From the NCBI GenBank assembly GCA_039679675.1, contig JBDKUN010000033.1:160001-224000 (forward strand): a stretch of DNA of 64,000 nt, given 5' to 3'. The notes under the pieces were generated by a model. The model searched no databases. It had not been told where the DNA came from and saw nothing but the letters and a program-made list of their open reading frames with translations. Numbering within the stretch: position 1 is the first letter of the stretch; the number at the start of each line of letters is the position of its first letter. Source of the DNA: Armatimonadota bacterium. Its GTDB lineage: Bacteria; Armatimonadota; UBA5829; DTLH01. A program made the position numbers and the translations under genes. Positions 30,373 to 39,462 of this stretch are shown here, in pieces.

Positions 30373-31656
30373 ATGGAGGAGAAATTGACCGTACAGATTC
30401 CATCATATGAAGAACGGCTGAAATGGTTCCATGATGCCAGGTTCGGCATGTTTATACACTGGGGGCTCTATTCGCTGCTCTCCCGCGGCGAGTGGACGAT
30501 GCTCAATGAGCAGATCCCCGCAAAAGAGTACGCAAAACTGGCGAAAAAGTTCAATCCCAAAAAGTTCGACGCGGATGCCTGGATGGCCGTCGCAAAGGAC
30601 GCTGGGATGAAGTATGTGGTGCTTACAACACGGCATCATGAGGGCTTTTGCCTTTTTGACAGCGATGTAAGCGATTTCACGAGCGTCAAAACGGCTGCGA
30701 AACGCGATTTCGTGGCAGAATATGTAGATGCGGCTCGAAGAGCAGGACTTAAGGTCGGTTTCTATTACTCATGGCTCGACTGGAGGTTTCCTGGTTATTT
30801 CAATTCGAAAGCATGGCCGGAAAGCTCTAAAGCTATGGTCGATCAGGCGCACGCTCAGATAAAAGAGCTTATGACGAAGTATGGGAAGATAGACATCCTC
30901 TGGTATGATGGCCACTGGGTACCTGGTGTGAACATGAACAAGGGAGCCATACTCTTTGATAAAGAGTCGGATAAGCGTGCTGCAGAGTTCTGGGGTGCGC
31001 GTGAAGTAAACAAGATGGTACGGGAACTGCAGCCGCACATACTTATCAACAACCGCTGCGGCTTAAGTGAAGACCTGGACACACCGGAACAGCACGTGAC
31101 CGCATCTGAGCACGGGCGCGGCTGGGAGTCTTGCATGACCATAGGCGATTCGGTAGGGTGGGGCTACATTGCGAACAGCCCGAATATGAAGACCGTGCCT
31201 CAGCTTATTCAGAACCTGGTTGCAGCGGCAGCGGGTGAGGGTAATTTCCTGCTTAACGTTGGGCCGAAGCCCGATGGGACGATCAGAAACGAGGAAAAAG
31301 CCCGGCTTCATGCTATGGGCGAATGGCTGCGGGTGAACGGTGAGTCGATCTATGGGTCAGAAAGATGCCAGTTCAGCGGAGGAATTGTCGGAAACACTAC
31401 AGCCAAGGGCAACAATGCCTATATTCACGTCTTTCGCTGGCCAAAACAGGGCGAAGTTGTCATTCCTAACATCGCAAATGAGATAAAATCAGCTACTGTC
31501 CTTCAGACAGGTCAAAAAGCTGATGTGGTCAGAGGGACAAACAACAGGACAATTATCAAAAATATGCCGAAACGTCCGCCGCATCCTTACGATACGGTCA
31601 TCAAGCTGGAGCTGGACGGCGAGCCGAAAGTTGCTCCCGGTGTTGATTGGCTTTAA
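30373..31656 (+). CDS. GH29 alpha-L-fucosidase
   Basis: WFHDARFGMFIHWG, LTTRHHEGF, YYSWLDW, LWYDG, NFLLNVGP. Confidence 0.95.
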   Translation: MEEKLTVQIPSYEERLKWFHDARFGMFIHWGLYSLLSRGEWTMLNEQIPAKEYAKLAKKFNPKKFDADAWMAVAKDAGMKYVVLTTRHHEGFCLFDSDVSDFTSVKTAAKRDFVAEYVDAARRAGLKVGFYYSWLDWRFPGYFNSKAWPESSKAMVDQAHAQIKELMTKYGKIDILWYDGHWVPGVNMNKGAILFDKESDKRAAEFWGAREVNKMVRELQPHILINNRCGLSEDLDTPEQHVTASEHGRGWESCMTIGDSVGWGYIANSPNMKTVPQLIQNLVAAAAGEGNFLLNVGPKPDGTIRNEEKARLHAMGEWLRVNGESIYGSERCQFSGGIVGNTTAKGNNAYIHVFRWPKQGEVVIPNIANEIKSATVLQTGQKADVVRGTNNRTIIKNMPKRPPHPYDTVIKLELDGEPKVAPGVDWL

Positions 31657-31685
31657 TCCTGATAGATTGTTAGCGTTGGAGACAT

Positions 31686-32153
31686 ATGGATACTATTATT
31701 CTTTTACTGATACTGGCGACAGTCGGTATGCTCGCAGTAGTGATATGGTCGGCAATCAAGAACCGAATGCAACCTGTGCGCCAAGTTAGGGCTATCGTGC
31801 TTAGGCACAGAACGAGGGATGATAGTATAGATGCTCCTCTAAATCCGATGTACATAGTCATGAATACACTCGGACGCGGCCCAGGGCGGAGCAGGATGTC
31901 AAATAAGAGCGTCGGCAGGCTTTCCGGTGAAGTGACGCTACTCAACGTAGTTAACGGCTTCATAACCTTCGGTGTTGAAGGCAACGAAGTGGAGTTGCTG
32001 GTACCTGGTTCGGTATTTACAAACCTTCAGGACAACCAGACAGGATTACTGGTACATCAGGGAGAGAAGTTCCTGCATTTTTCACCGGATTCTGCGGAGT
32101 CGGCGCAGCCGAAACATTATGAGCAACCAAAGGGACGCCCTTTGAACGGCTGA
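31686..32153 (+). CDS. DUF2500-like membrane-anchored protein
   Basis: N-terminal TM helix, KN...PV..V.A.V, ITF......EL.V....F..L...G.L..QG..F..F. Confidence 0.7.
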   Translation: MDTIILLLILATVGMLAVVIWSAIKNRMQPVRQVRAIVLRHRTRDDSIDAPLNPMYIVMNTLGRGPGRSRMSNKSVGRLSGEVTLLNVVNGFITFGVEGNEVELLVPGSVFTNLQDNQTGLLVHQGEKFLHFSPDSAESAQPKHYEQPKGRPLNG

Positions 32154-32182
32154 TATAACTTGCAGGGTTCGCTGGCACTTGC

Positions 32183-32245
32183 ATGCTGCGGGAATGGCAG
32201 GTCTGTATAATCTACTGATTTACACAGATTCAATTCCCGCAGCAT
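32183..32245 (+). terminator. Long hairpin after the DUF2500 gene
   Basis: ATGCTGCGGGAAT...ATTCCCGCAGCAT (13-bp stem) followed by a short T run; the loop holds a second imperfect hairpin. Confidence 0.55.
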
Positions 32246-32274
32246 TTTCCTCAAAGAGATACTTCAAAAATCGC

Positions 32275-32302
32275 TAAAGTTTGCATCCCCAACTGTCGAT
32301 GA
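32275..32302 (+). promoter_or_regulatory. Candidate sigma28 (FliA/SigD) promoter
   Basis: TAAAGTTT...GTCGATGA, i.e. TAAA-N16-GTCGATGA against consensus TAAA-N15-GCCGATAA. Confidence 0.5.
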
Positions 32303-32368
32303 GTATTTCGGAAGAGTTTCAGGTAACGTCTGAAACTCTGTTGATATGAATTCTCTAAGAGGCAGTGG

Positions 32369-33391
32369 ATGTCACACAGTTCGTCATTTATAGATGACTC
32401 CGTAACCGGAGATCTCGATGCATCGGGATCGAAAGGCAGAGTCCTTCTCGTAGTTTGCCTGTATGAAAATAACTTCGGCGACCAGCTTATATATCAAACA
32501 ATCGAGAAAAAACTCCATCGGCAGGGATTTACGACCGAGACTGTAGAAATAAGCGAAAAGCTTTCATCTTCACGGTTGATAGAACGTGCCAACAACTCGG
32601 ATTTTCTCTACTTCGTGGGCGGCGGGCTTATAGAGCGCTGGGCCCCGGACGTTATTCGATATTTTACCTCTGTATACCTGCAGCTCAGGGTGCCTCATGG
32701 GGTAATCGGACTGAGTACCGGGTCATTCGACTACTCGGAGTTCAACAATTCTCTTAAACTATTCTGCGACACTGCAAGCTTCTTCTATACGAGGGATGAA
32801 GACTCCGTAGAAGCATTCGTGAGGGCCGGAGCATCGAAACTTCCTGAAGTCGGAGTGGACGTAGTGTTCGCAAACGATACTCTCGGCAGGCTGCGCCGGA
32901 CCGGAAGCGGTATCTCCGCCAACTTCCGAAATATCCCATACCCCGACATTACCGGAGACCTTGACTGGGCAGAGTGGGGCGTTGCCATGCGGAATGCTGG
33001 TGTAAAGTCGCTTATCCCAGACTGCAGCAATGCCCAGGAGCAGCTTGGGCTGCCTGTGAGTCAAAACTCAATACTTGCAGAGCTTACCGGCTGCAGCATG
33101 GTCGTTGCAATGCGGTTTCATATCGTGCTGGCAGCAGCAATGATGGGCGTGCTGCCGGTTCCTGTCGCATATTGCCCCAAAGTAAAGAGACTTGCCGATC
33201 AGTTAGGCATCGGGGATTACTGCCTCGGCATCAAAGACAGCGGCCGTCTCGCAGAGATAATTGATAAGCTGAAGGCCAACGAACAAATAATCAGGATTAA
33301 TCTGGCAAAGAGAGCCGCGGAGATGAAACTCGCGGCAAATAAGCTCATAGATCGCTCAATTAAAAGCATGGAGTGCGTTATAAATGGATGA
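32369..33391 (+). CDS. Polysaccharide pyruvyl transferase family protein
   Basis: NFGDQLI, GGGLI, TRDEDS, DVVF, AMRFH...AA..G.P...AY.PKV. Confidence 0.85.
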   Translation: MSHSSSFIDDSVTGDLDASGSKGRVLLVVCLYENNFGDQLIYQTIEKKLHRQGFTTETVEISEKLSSSRLIERANNSDFLYFVGGGLIERWAPDVIRYFTSVYLQLRVPHGVIGLSTGSFDYSEFNNSLKLFCDTASFFYTRDEDSVEAFVRAGASKLPEVGVDVVFANDTLGRLRRTGSGISANFRNIPYPDITGDLDWAEWGVAMRNAGVKSLIPDCSNAQEQLGLPVSQNSILAELTGCSMVVAMRFHIVLAAAMMGVLPVPVAYCPKVKRLADQLGIGDYCLGIKDSGRLAEIIDKLKANEQIIRINLAKRAAEMKLAANKLIDRSIKSMECVING

Positions 33392-36300
33392 TAAGTATCT
33401 GCTGTTTAGATTTGTCCCCACGATGAGGTGCAATTTCAGGTGTTCCTACTGCTTCGTCTCGAACGATGAGAAATCGACAAGGGACACGATGTTCGATATG
33501 CATTCCCCGGAGGAATGGGTCCGCGCCATGGGGAATTACAGCAACTATGATGTCGAGTTCTACTGCTGGGGCGGCGAACCGTTCCTGCTCGACGGAACAT
33601 ATGACATCGTGAAGGGTTGGACGGCATACGATCATGTCATCAGCGGCTCCAGGCTGGATACGAATATATCATTTGCCGAGAAGATAGCAAAACGCTGCCC
33701 GACGGACAAGGTCAAGCTCAATTGCTCCTGGCATACCCAGTATCATACACTGGAACAGGAAGAATCGAAGATCCGCCTGCTGAACGACATAGGCATGGTG
33801 GGAATGCTGAACTTCGTAGCAAGCCCGTACAATATGGACATCCTGAAGAGCCGGTATAATATGTCGGTAGATGACCTTATCGCGCGGTTCGATGAGATCG
33901 GCGTTTTTGTGAATATTGCCGGGGATTTTGCCCTTGTAGATAACCCAAGGTCGCCTGGATATGCTGAATACAAGGAGTTCATCTCACAGTATCTCTGCCC
34001 GGAGGACTGGAAGCAGCTCAGGTGCGAGAAGGCAGATTCTCTGTGCGAGGCGAACCGGCATTTCTTCACAGTTCATCCGAACGGGGACATTACACCCTGC
34101 CTTTCAGGCAAAGTGTGCGGCAATTTCTTCGAAGGGACTCTGAATACTCTGCCGACTGAAGTATGCAATCATAAATGTCCGAGCCTGGTAGCTTATCCGT
34201 TCAGGACGGACAACCAATTCCCGTTCAGACAGCACCTGGTGGAGTATGTAAATAGAAACAGAGAATATAGAGAGTCACTCAAAAAGCATCCCAGCGCTTG
34301 CTCATTTACCGTGCAGGCTCCCGAGGAAGAGAATACGCCGCGCGTCTCGGTGGTAATGCCCACGTACAACCATATGCAGTATCTGCCTGGCGCAGTCGAA
34401 AGTGTGCTTGCACAGACGTACAAAGATTTTGAGCTGATAATAGTAGACGACGGCTCCACGGACGATACCAGAAGCTATCTAGACAGCATAAAAGACCCCA
34501 GGGTGAAGGTGATCCACCAGGAAAACAAGCGGCTTCCCGGCGCGTTGAACACCGGCTTTACAGCTTCCAGCGGCGAACTCCTGACATGGACATCGGCAGA
34601 CAACCTGTGCCTGCCGGGGTTCCTTAAAACACTTGTCGCTGCCTTGGATGCCCATCCTGAAGCAAGTTTTGCCTGTTCCGCGTTCGATTGGATCGACGAT
34701 AACGGTAGGCTCACCGGACAGACGATAAGTGACCAGAACCTGCATTACTACAGCCTGCTCTCATGCAACCCCGGTATAGCCTCGTTTATGTACAGGCGCG
34801 CCTGTATGGACGAAGTCGGTCTCTATGATACGGAACTAGAAGGCGCGGAAGACTGGGATATGTGGTTAAGGATAATGGATCGGTTCCAGCCGGTATATGT
34901 GCCGGAGGTGCTATACCATTACCGGGCTCATGAGCAGAGTATGACAGCTCAGATACCGGAGAAGATCAGAAAAACCGCGCGGGTCGCTTTTGATAAGGCT
35001 ATAGCCCGGCTTGGCGAAGAGTTCGACATCGCAGACCTCTATCCGGCTATTGAGCTCTGCCGCGACCAGGACGCAGCCAGCTTCCATGCCTGCCTGGACT
35101 TTGGGTCGAGACTGCTCGATTCGCCGTTCGATGCTCTGGATAAAGCATGCATTTTTCTGGAAGTTGCACATACTCTTGTCCCGGAATCTCTCCATGCCAC
35201 AAGCAACTTGGCAGTGGCCTATGCGAAAGCTGGACGGTGGGATGAGGCGCTGCAGCTCGTAAACCAGATCAAGAGGGCAGATAGCCCCTATCTGCAAACC
35301 GTATGCCGCACAATAGAGGAAACTTATAACTCCGGCAGGACGGATGTTCTCAACACATTGACTGTGTTCAGAATCAGCAGAGGATCGGTAGAGCTGTTCC
35401 GTTTGGATGATGAGCAGCGGCTTGTATACAAGCCTGGCGGCGAGAATACGGCTGAGGAGATGCTTTGTGATGAGTTCAAGACCGATGACATGGGCGGGAC
35501 AGTGATGATAATCACCCCTGATCCGGCATGTCATACGGACTGCGACTCTTTTTCATTTGCGAAAACGCTGCAGGAGATCGGTTACAAGCCTATCATACTG
35601 CACCCGACATCAAGGCGGGATATTGCCGACTATGAGATCAGCAAAACAAGCCGGGACGGCATAGAGATCAGGACAATCAACTGCCTGACATCGTCGCCGT
35701 ACTGGTGCTTTGGCGACCCGCATTTGGAAAGTGCCTTCGGGAGACTTCTTACAGAGGAGGATATAGACCTTGTTCATTTTATCCACTCTGAAGGTGCGCT
35801 GTCTCCGTTGCTCATAGAAAAAGCACGGTTAGCCGGTATCCCGACGGTGCTTACACTCTGTAATGCTGACTTGATGAGCGGCCGCGAGGAAAATAGCACC
35901 GGTCCAGATGAATTCGCTGTGGAAAATGCTTACGCGAGGCGGTTGGGTGCAACATGCAGCCTTATTACAGCATCTGATCAGAATGTCCTTCAGGAAGTAA
36001 GGTCTTCAACCTGGGCTGCAGGCCTTAGTTTGGGTTTAGCGGGGATTTCAACTCATTATGCACATAACTGGGCGGTTTGCTACCACAACCTCATCGGCGA
36101 TGTTACCCCGCCTGAGACTGACAAGGTGATCAGTGTCGTGGTAACGACATATAACAGGCCGGAATGGCTGAAAATCTGTCTGGAAGGTTTCTGTAATCAG
36201 ACACTTCCCAGTAAGAACTTTGAGATATTGGTGGTCGACGATCACTCGGATGATGATCTGAGCGATATAATAGCCGAGTTTGCGAAGCGGATTCCTTTGA

Positions 36301-39182
36301 GATACATTCGTCATGACGAAAACCGTGGGGTCGGAGCAGGTCGGAATACGGGTGCGAAGGCAGCGAAGGGGGATTTCGTAGCTTTCTTCGACGATGACGA
36401 CCGCCCCGCACGAAGGCTTCTGGCCGAGCACATGCGGTCCCATCTGGAGCACCCGGAGGATAACGCGGCAGTGCTTGGATATACATCATGGGACCCGGAG
36501 CTTGAACTCAATCCGGTAATGTATCATGTCACCGAGGTCGGGCAGCAATACCTTTCGTATCCGTCCATAAAGCCGAATGTTCCGCTGCCATGGCACTGCT
36601 TCTGGGGTGGCACCGCATCTATCAAGCGAAAGCTCTTGATGGAAGTCGCAAACTTCGACGAGAGTACGCCGGTCTGTGAGGATATGGACCTGGCATTCAG
36701 ACTTCGCCATACGGGCTTCAAGGTGTATTATAACCCGCGGATAATAAGTTATATACTGCGTTCGTTTGACTACAGTGCCTTCAAAAAGCGCCGTCTTACA
36801 TTCGGTGTCGCAGCTACACAGATAACAAGCAAGCATCAGAACCCGGAACTATCTGCTTATTTTGCGGTATCGGATGCCGTAGGTAAGTGGAGCAGGATGG
36901 AACCTGTTTTGGATGATCTTGAGAGCAATATAGGCTGGCTGGAGAAATCGACACTTCCGGAGCTTCGCGCGAAGGCAGTAAGTACAGCAAATGGAATAAT
37001 ATCAGCCGAGCAATTATTGCACCAGTTGTATTATGCCGCGTTCGACGCCTACAGGTGGAAGGGCTACATCGACGAAGTTGCGTCCATCAGAGATAAAGCG
37101 CTGAGTGAACGCGGGGATGCTCCGAATATTCTTATAATAGATAAATGCCTGCCGTATTTCGACCGCGCATCCGGTTCACTGAGGCTGTTTAGCATGATGA
37201 AACTGCTTCGAAAACTTGGGTGCAGCATCACATTTGTCTCTATGATGGGGTCTATGGAGGAAAGATACGTCCCGATCCTGGAGTCGATGGGCATCGAAGT
37301 CCATCCGTGGGATCCGCAGGCACTGGCAAGGTCTGGACACAAGGTAGATAGGGCTCCACTTGACTACGAGGCGATTTTCGGCGGTCAAAAGTTCGACTAT
37401 GCCATTATAGAGTTCTGGGATGTTGCCCAGTATTATATGCCGCTCATTAGAAAATATGCTCCCGATACCGAAGTGATAGTCGATACGGTCGATATCCACT
37501 TCATCCGTGAAATGCGCGAAGCAGAGCTGAAAAATGACGATGCATTGATGGAAACATCCGCTAAAAGGAAGCGCATGGAGCTCGATGTTTACCGCCATGC
37601 CGACAGACTTTGGGTTATAACCGGGCAGGAAAAACAGACGATTGAAAATATCATTAAAAATGTGCCGGTCGATGTCGTTCCTAATATCCATGGACAGATC
37701 AGCGAAGAAAAGGAGTTCGACAGGACTTCAGGCCTCCTGTTTGTAGGCAACTTCAACCATCAGCCGAATGCGGACGCGGTCAGGTATTTCTGCAAAGAGA
37801 TATTCCCGGCGGTTCAGAGGCAAATTCCGGGAGTCAAACTGCATGTGGTCGGCGGGAACCCGCCGGAAGACATCAAGTCATTGGCTTCGGGCAGCGTCAT
37901 CGTTACCGGATATGTGGAAAACCTGTCCGAGTATCTGAAGACGGCTCGTGTTTCCGTCAGCCCGCTCAGATACGGTGCGGGGATGAAGGGCAAGATCGGA
38001 GAAGCACTCGCATGGGGGCTTCCCGTGGTGACGACATCCATCGGTGCTGAAGGCATGAGCCTCACTCACGGCCAAAATGTCCTGATAGGGGACACACCGG
38101 ATGAGTTTGCAGATCAAGTTGTGAAACTTTACAAAGACCGGGAACTCTGGGAACGGCTTTCCCAGACTGGTAGAAAAAAGATAGCCGAATGGTCGCCTGA
38201 ATCGGTAGAATCGAGCTTTAGGGAGATGCTCTTTGGCAAATCTCCAGCTCCGAGAGAGAAGACCGTCTCCATCGTGATTCTTGCATACAACCAGCTTTAT
38301 TATACAAAGAAGTGCTTGGAGAGCATAGAGCAGCACACGAATGTTCCTTACGAGCTCATAGTAGTGGATAACTGTTCGACAGATGGCACCGGCGAATATC
38401 TGGACAGCTTGACTGAGAGGTGGGAGAAATCAGAGATCGAAAACAGCTTCTGCAGATCGGTGAAGGTGATCAAAAACATAGAGAACCTTGGCTATGCGGC
38501 TGGCAACAACTGCGGCATAGCAGCAAGCACGGGGGACTATGTGCTCCTGCTCAATAATGACGTTGTCGTAACTCCGGGCTGGCTGGAACGGCTGGTGCGT
38601 CCCATGGAGTACTACAGTTGTGTTGGTATAACAGGCCCTATGAGCAATTTTGTCTCAGGCGCCCAGTATGTTGAATCTGCTTGTTATGACAAATCCACGC
38701 TGGAAGGGCTAAACGAATTCGCTGCGGAATGGGCGAAGGAATATGATGGCGAAATTCAGGGGCATATACGGGTTGTCGGGTTCTCAATGCTCATCAGTCG
38801 CTCGGTGATAGAGGAAGTAGGCGGGCTTGACACAAGGTATGGTCTCGGGAACTTCGAGGATGATGATTACTGCATCAGGGCCGTGATTGCGGGATTCAGC
38901 ACTTTGATTGTGAAAGATTGTTTCATCCATCATTTCGGCAGCCAGACATTTGCCGGGGAAAACATCGACAGAGACAAACTGATCATGAAGAACTGGGAGT
39001 TGTTTAAGGAGAAGTGGGAGCTTCCATCTGATATACCGCATAGCGGCTCGCTGAACATGGCCAGCGTGATCGAAAAACATTTTGATCCGTCTTATCACTA
39101 TTGCGCGGTCTGCCACAACGTCATTCCGAGCTTGACTCGGAATCCAGTGAAAGAATGGACCCTGAATCAAGTTCAAGGGTGA
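33384..39182 (+). CDS. Radical SAM - GT2 - TPR-like - degenerate GT4 - GT2 - GT4 - GT2 fusion protein (1932 aa)
   Basis: CNFRCSYC and GGEP followed by a Cys-rich SPASM/Twitch-like tail (C..GDITPC..C...C); GT2 starts VSVVMPTYN (~34340), ISVVVTTYN (~36130) and VSIVILAYN (~38260); GT4 motifs FVGNFNH.PN and PLRYGAGMKGKIGEA. Confidence 0.9.
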   Translation: MDDKYLLFRFVPTMRCNFRCSYCFVSNDEKSTRDTMFDMHSPEEWVRAMGNYSNYDVEFYCWGGEPFLLDGTYDIVKGWTAYDHVISGSRLDTNISFAEKIAKRCPTDKVKLNCSWHTQYHTLEQEESKIRLLNDIGMVGMLNFVASPYNMDILKSRYNMSVDDLIARFDEIGVFVNIAGDFALVDNPRSPGYAEYKEFISQYLCPEDWKQLRCEKADSLCEANRHFFTVHPNGDITPCLSGKVCGNFFEGTLNTLPTEVCNHKCPSLVAYPFRTDNQFPFRQHLVEYVNRNREYRESLKKHPSACSFTVQAPEEENTPRVSVVMPTYNHMQYLPGAVESVLAQTYKDFELIIVDDGSTDDTRSYLDSIKDPRVKVIHQENKRLPGALNTGFTASSGELLTWTSADNLCLPGFLKTLVAALDAHPEASFACSAFDWIDDNGRLTGQTISDQNLHYYSLLSCNPGIASFMYRRACMDEVGLYDTELEGAEDWDMWLRIMDRFQPVYVPEVLYHYRAHEQSMTAQIPEKIRKTARVAFDKAIARLGEEFDIADLYPAIELCRDQDAASFHACLDFGSRLLDSPFDALDKACIFLEVAHTLVPESLHATSNLAVAYAKAGRWDEALQLVNQIKRADSPYLQTVCRTIEETYNSGRTDVLNTLTVFRISRGSVELFRLDDEQRLVYKPGGENTAEEMLCDEFKTDDMGGTVMIITPDPACHTDCDSFSFAKTLQEIGYKPIILHPTSRRDIADYEISKTSRDGIEIRTINCLTSSPYWCFGDPHLESAFGRLLTEEDIDLVHFIHSEGALSPLLIEKARLAGIPTVLTLCNADLMSGREENSTGPDEFAVENAYARRLGATCSLITASDQNVLQEVRSSTWAAGLSLGLAGISTHYAHNWAVCYHNLIGDVTPPETDKVISVVVTTYNRPEWLKICLEGFCNQTLPSKNFEILVVDDHSDDDLSDIIAEFAKRIPLRYIRHDENRGVGAGRNTGAKAAKGDFVAFFDDDDRPARRLLAEHMRSHLEHPEDNAAVLGYTSWDPELELNPVMYHVTEVGQQYLSYPSIKPNVPLPWHCFWGGTASIKRKLLMEVANFDESTPVCEDMDLAFRLRHTGFKVYYNPRIISYILRSFDYSAFKKRRLTFGVAATQITSKHQNPELSAYFAVSDAVGKWSRMEPVLDDLESNIGWLEKSTLPELRAKAVSTANGIISAEQLLHQLYYAAFDAYRWKGYIDEVASIRDKALSERGDAPNILIIDKCLPYFDRASGSLRLFSMMKLLRKLGCSITFVSMMGSMEERYVPILESMGIEVHPWDPQALARSGHKVDRAPLDYEAIFGGQKFDYAIIEFWDVAQYYMPLIRKYAPDTEVIVDTVDIHFIREMREAELKNDDALMETSAKRKRMELDVYRHADRLWVITGQEKQTIENIIKNVPVDVVPNIHGQISEEKEFDRTSGLLFVGNFNHQPNADAVRYFCKEIFPAVQRQIPGVKLHVVGGNPPEDIKSLASGSVIVTGYVENLSEYLKTARVSVSPLRYGAGMKGKIGEALAWGLPVVTTSIGAEGMSLTHGQNVLIGDTPDEFADQVVKLYKDRELWERLSQTGRKKIAEWSPESVESSFREMLFGKSPAPREKTVSIVILAYNQLYYTKKCLESIEQHTNVPYELIVVDNCSTDGTGEYLDSLTERWEKSEIENSFCRSVKVIKNIENLGYAAGNNCGIAASTGDYVLLLNNDVVVTPGWLERLVRPMEYYSCVGITGPMSNFVSGAQYVESACYDKSTLEGLNEFAAEWAKEYDGEIQGHIRVVGFSMLISRSVIEEVGGLDTRYGLGNFEDDDYCIRAVIAGFSTLIVKDCFIHHFGSQTFAGENIDRDKLIMKNWELFKEKWELPSDIPHSGSLNMASVIEKHFDPSYHYCAVCHNVIPSLTRNPVKEWTLNQVQG

Positions 39183-39183
39183 C
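39120..39183. repeat. Multi-hairpin palindromic element overlapping the 3' end of the fusion CDS
   Basis: GTCA...TGAC ends; internal stems ATTCCGAG/CTCGGAAT, TCCA/TGGA and ACCCTGAA/TTCaAGGGT. Confidence 0.75.
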
Positions 39184-39286
39184 GTCTTTCGTCAGGGTGA
39201 TGTGCCAGAGCAAATGCATCTAAATATGGAAGAGACAAGATGGAGAACGGGAGTCAGTATGAACGGTGTAAGTCATCACTGATTTC

Positions 39287-39330
39287 TTTGGATTGCGGAA
39301 GCGGCAGCTTCCGCTTTTCTATTGGCATTC
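39287..39330. repeat. Palindromic dispersed repeat family A, copy 2
   Basis: GCGGAAGC-ggca-GCTTCCGC-TTTT; 40/44 identical to 5035-5078. Confidence 0.85.
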
Positions 39331-39462
39331 ACTATCTCTGTTATCGAGAATATGACAATTCATCACTGTCAGAAATTAGAGATGCCTCTCATGGGGATGC
39401 TCCCCAACAAGAGGCACCGAAAGATCGCGATGTAAGTTTTATTGCGAGAAATGGGATGCTGC

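Noticed and set aside
29361..30449. 362-aa antisense ORF
   Set aside because: It shadows the well-supported GH38/GH29 genes and has no recognisable motifs.
32173..32186. Sigma54-like TGGCAC...TGC
   Set aside because: GG-to-GC spacing is one base short, which sigma54 does not tolerate.
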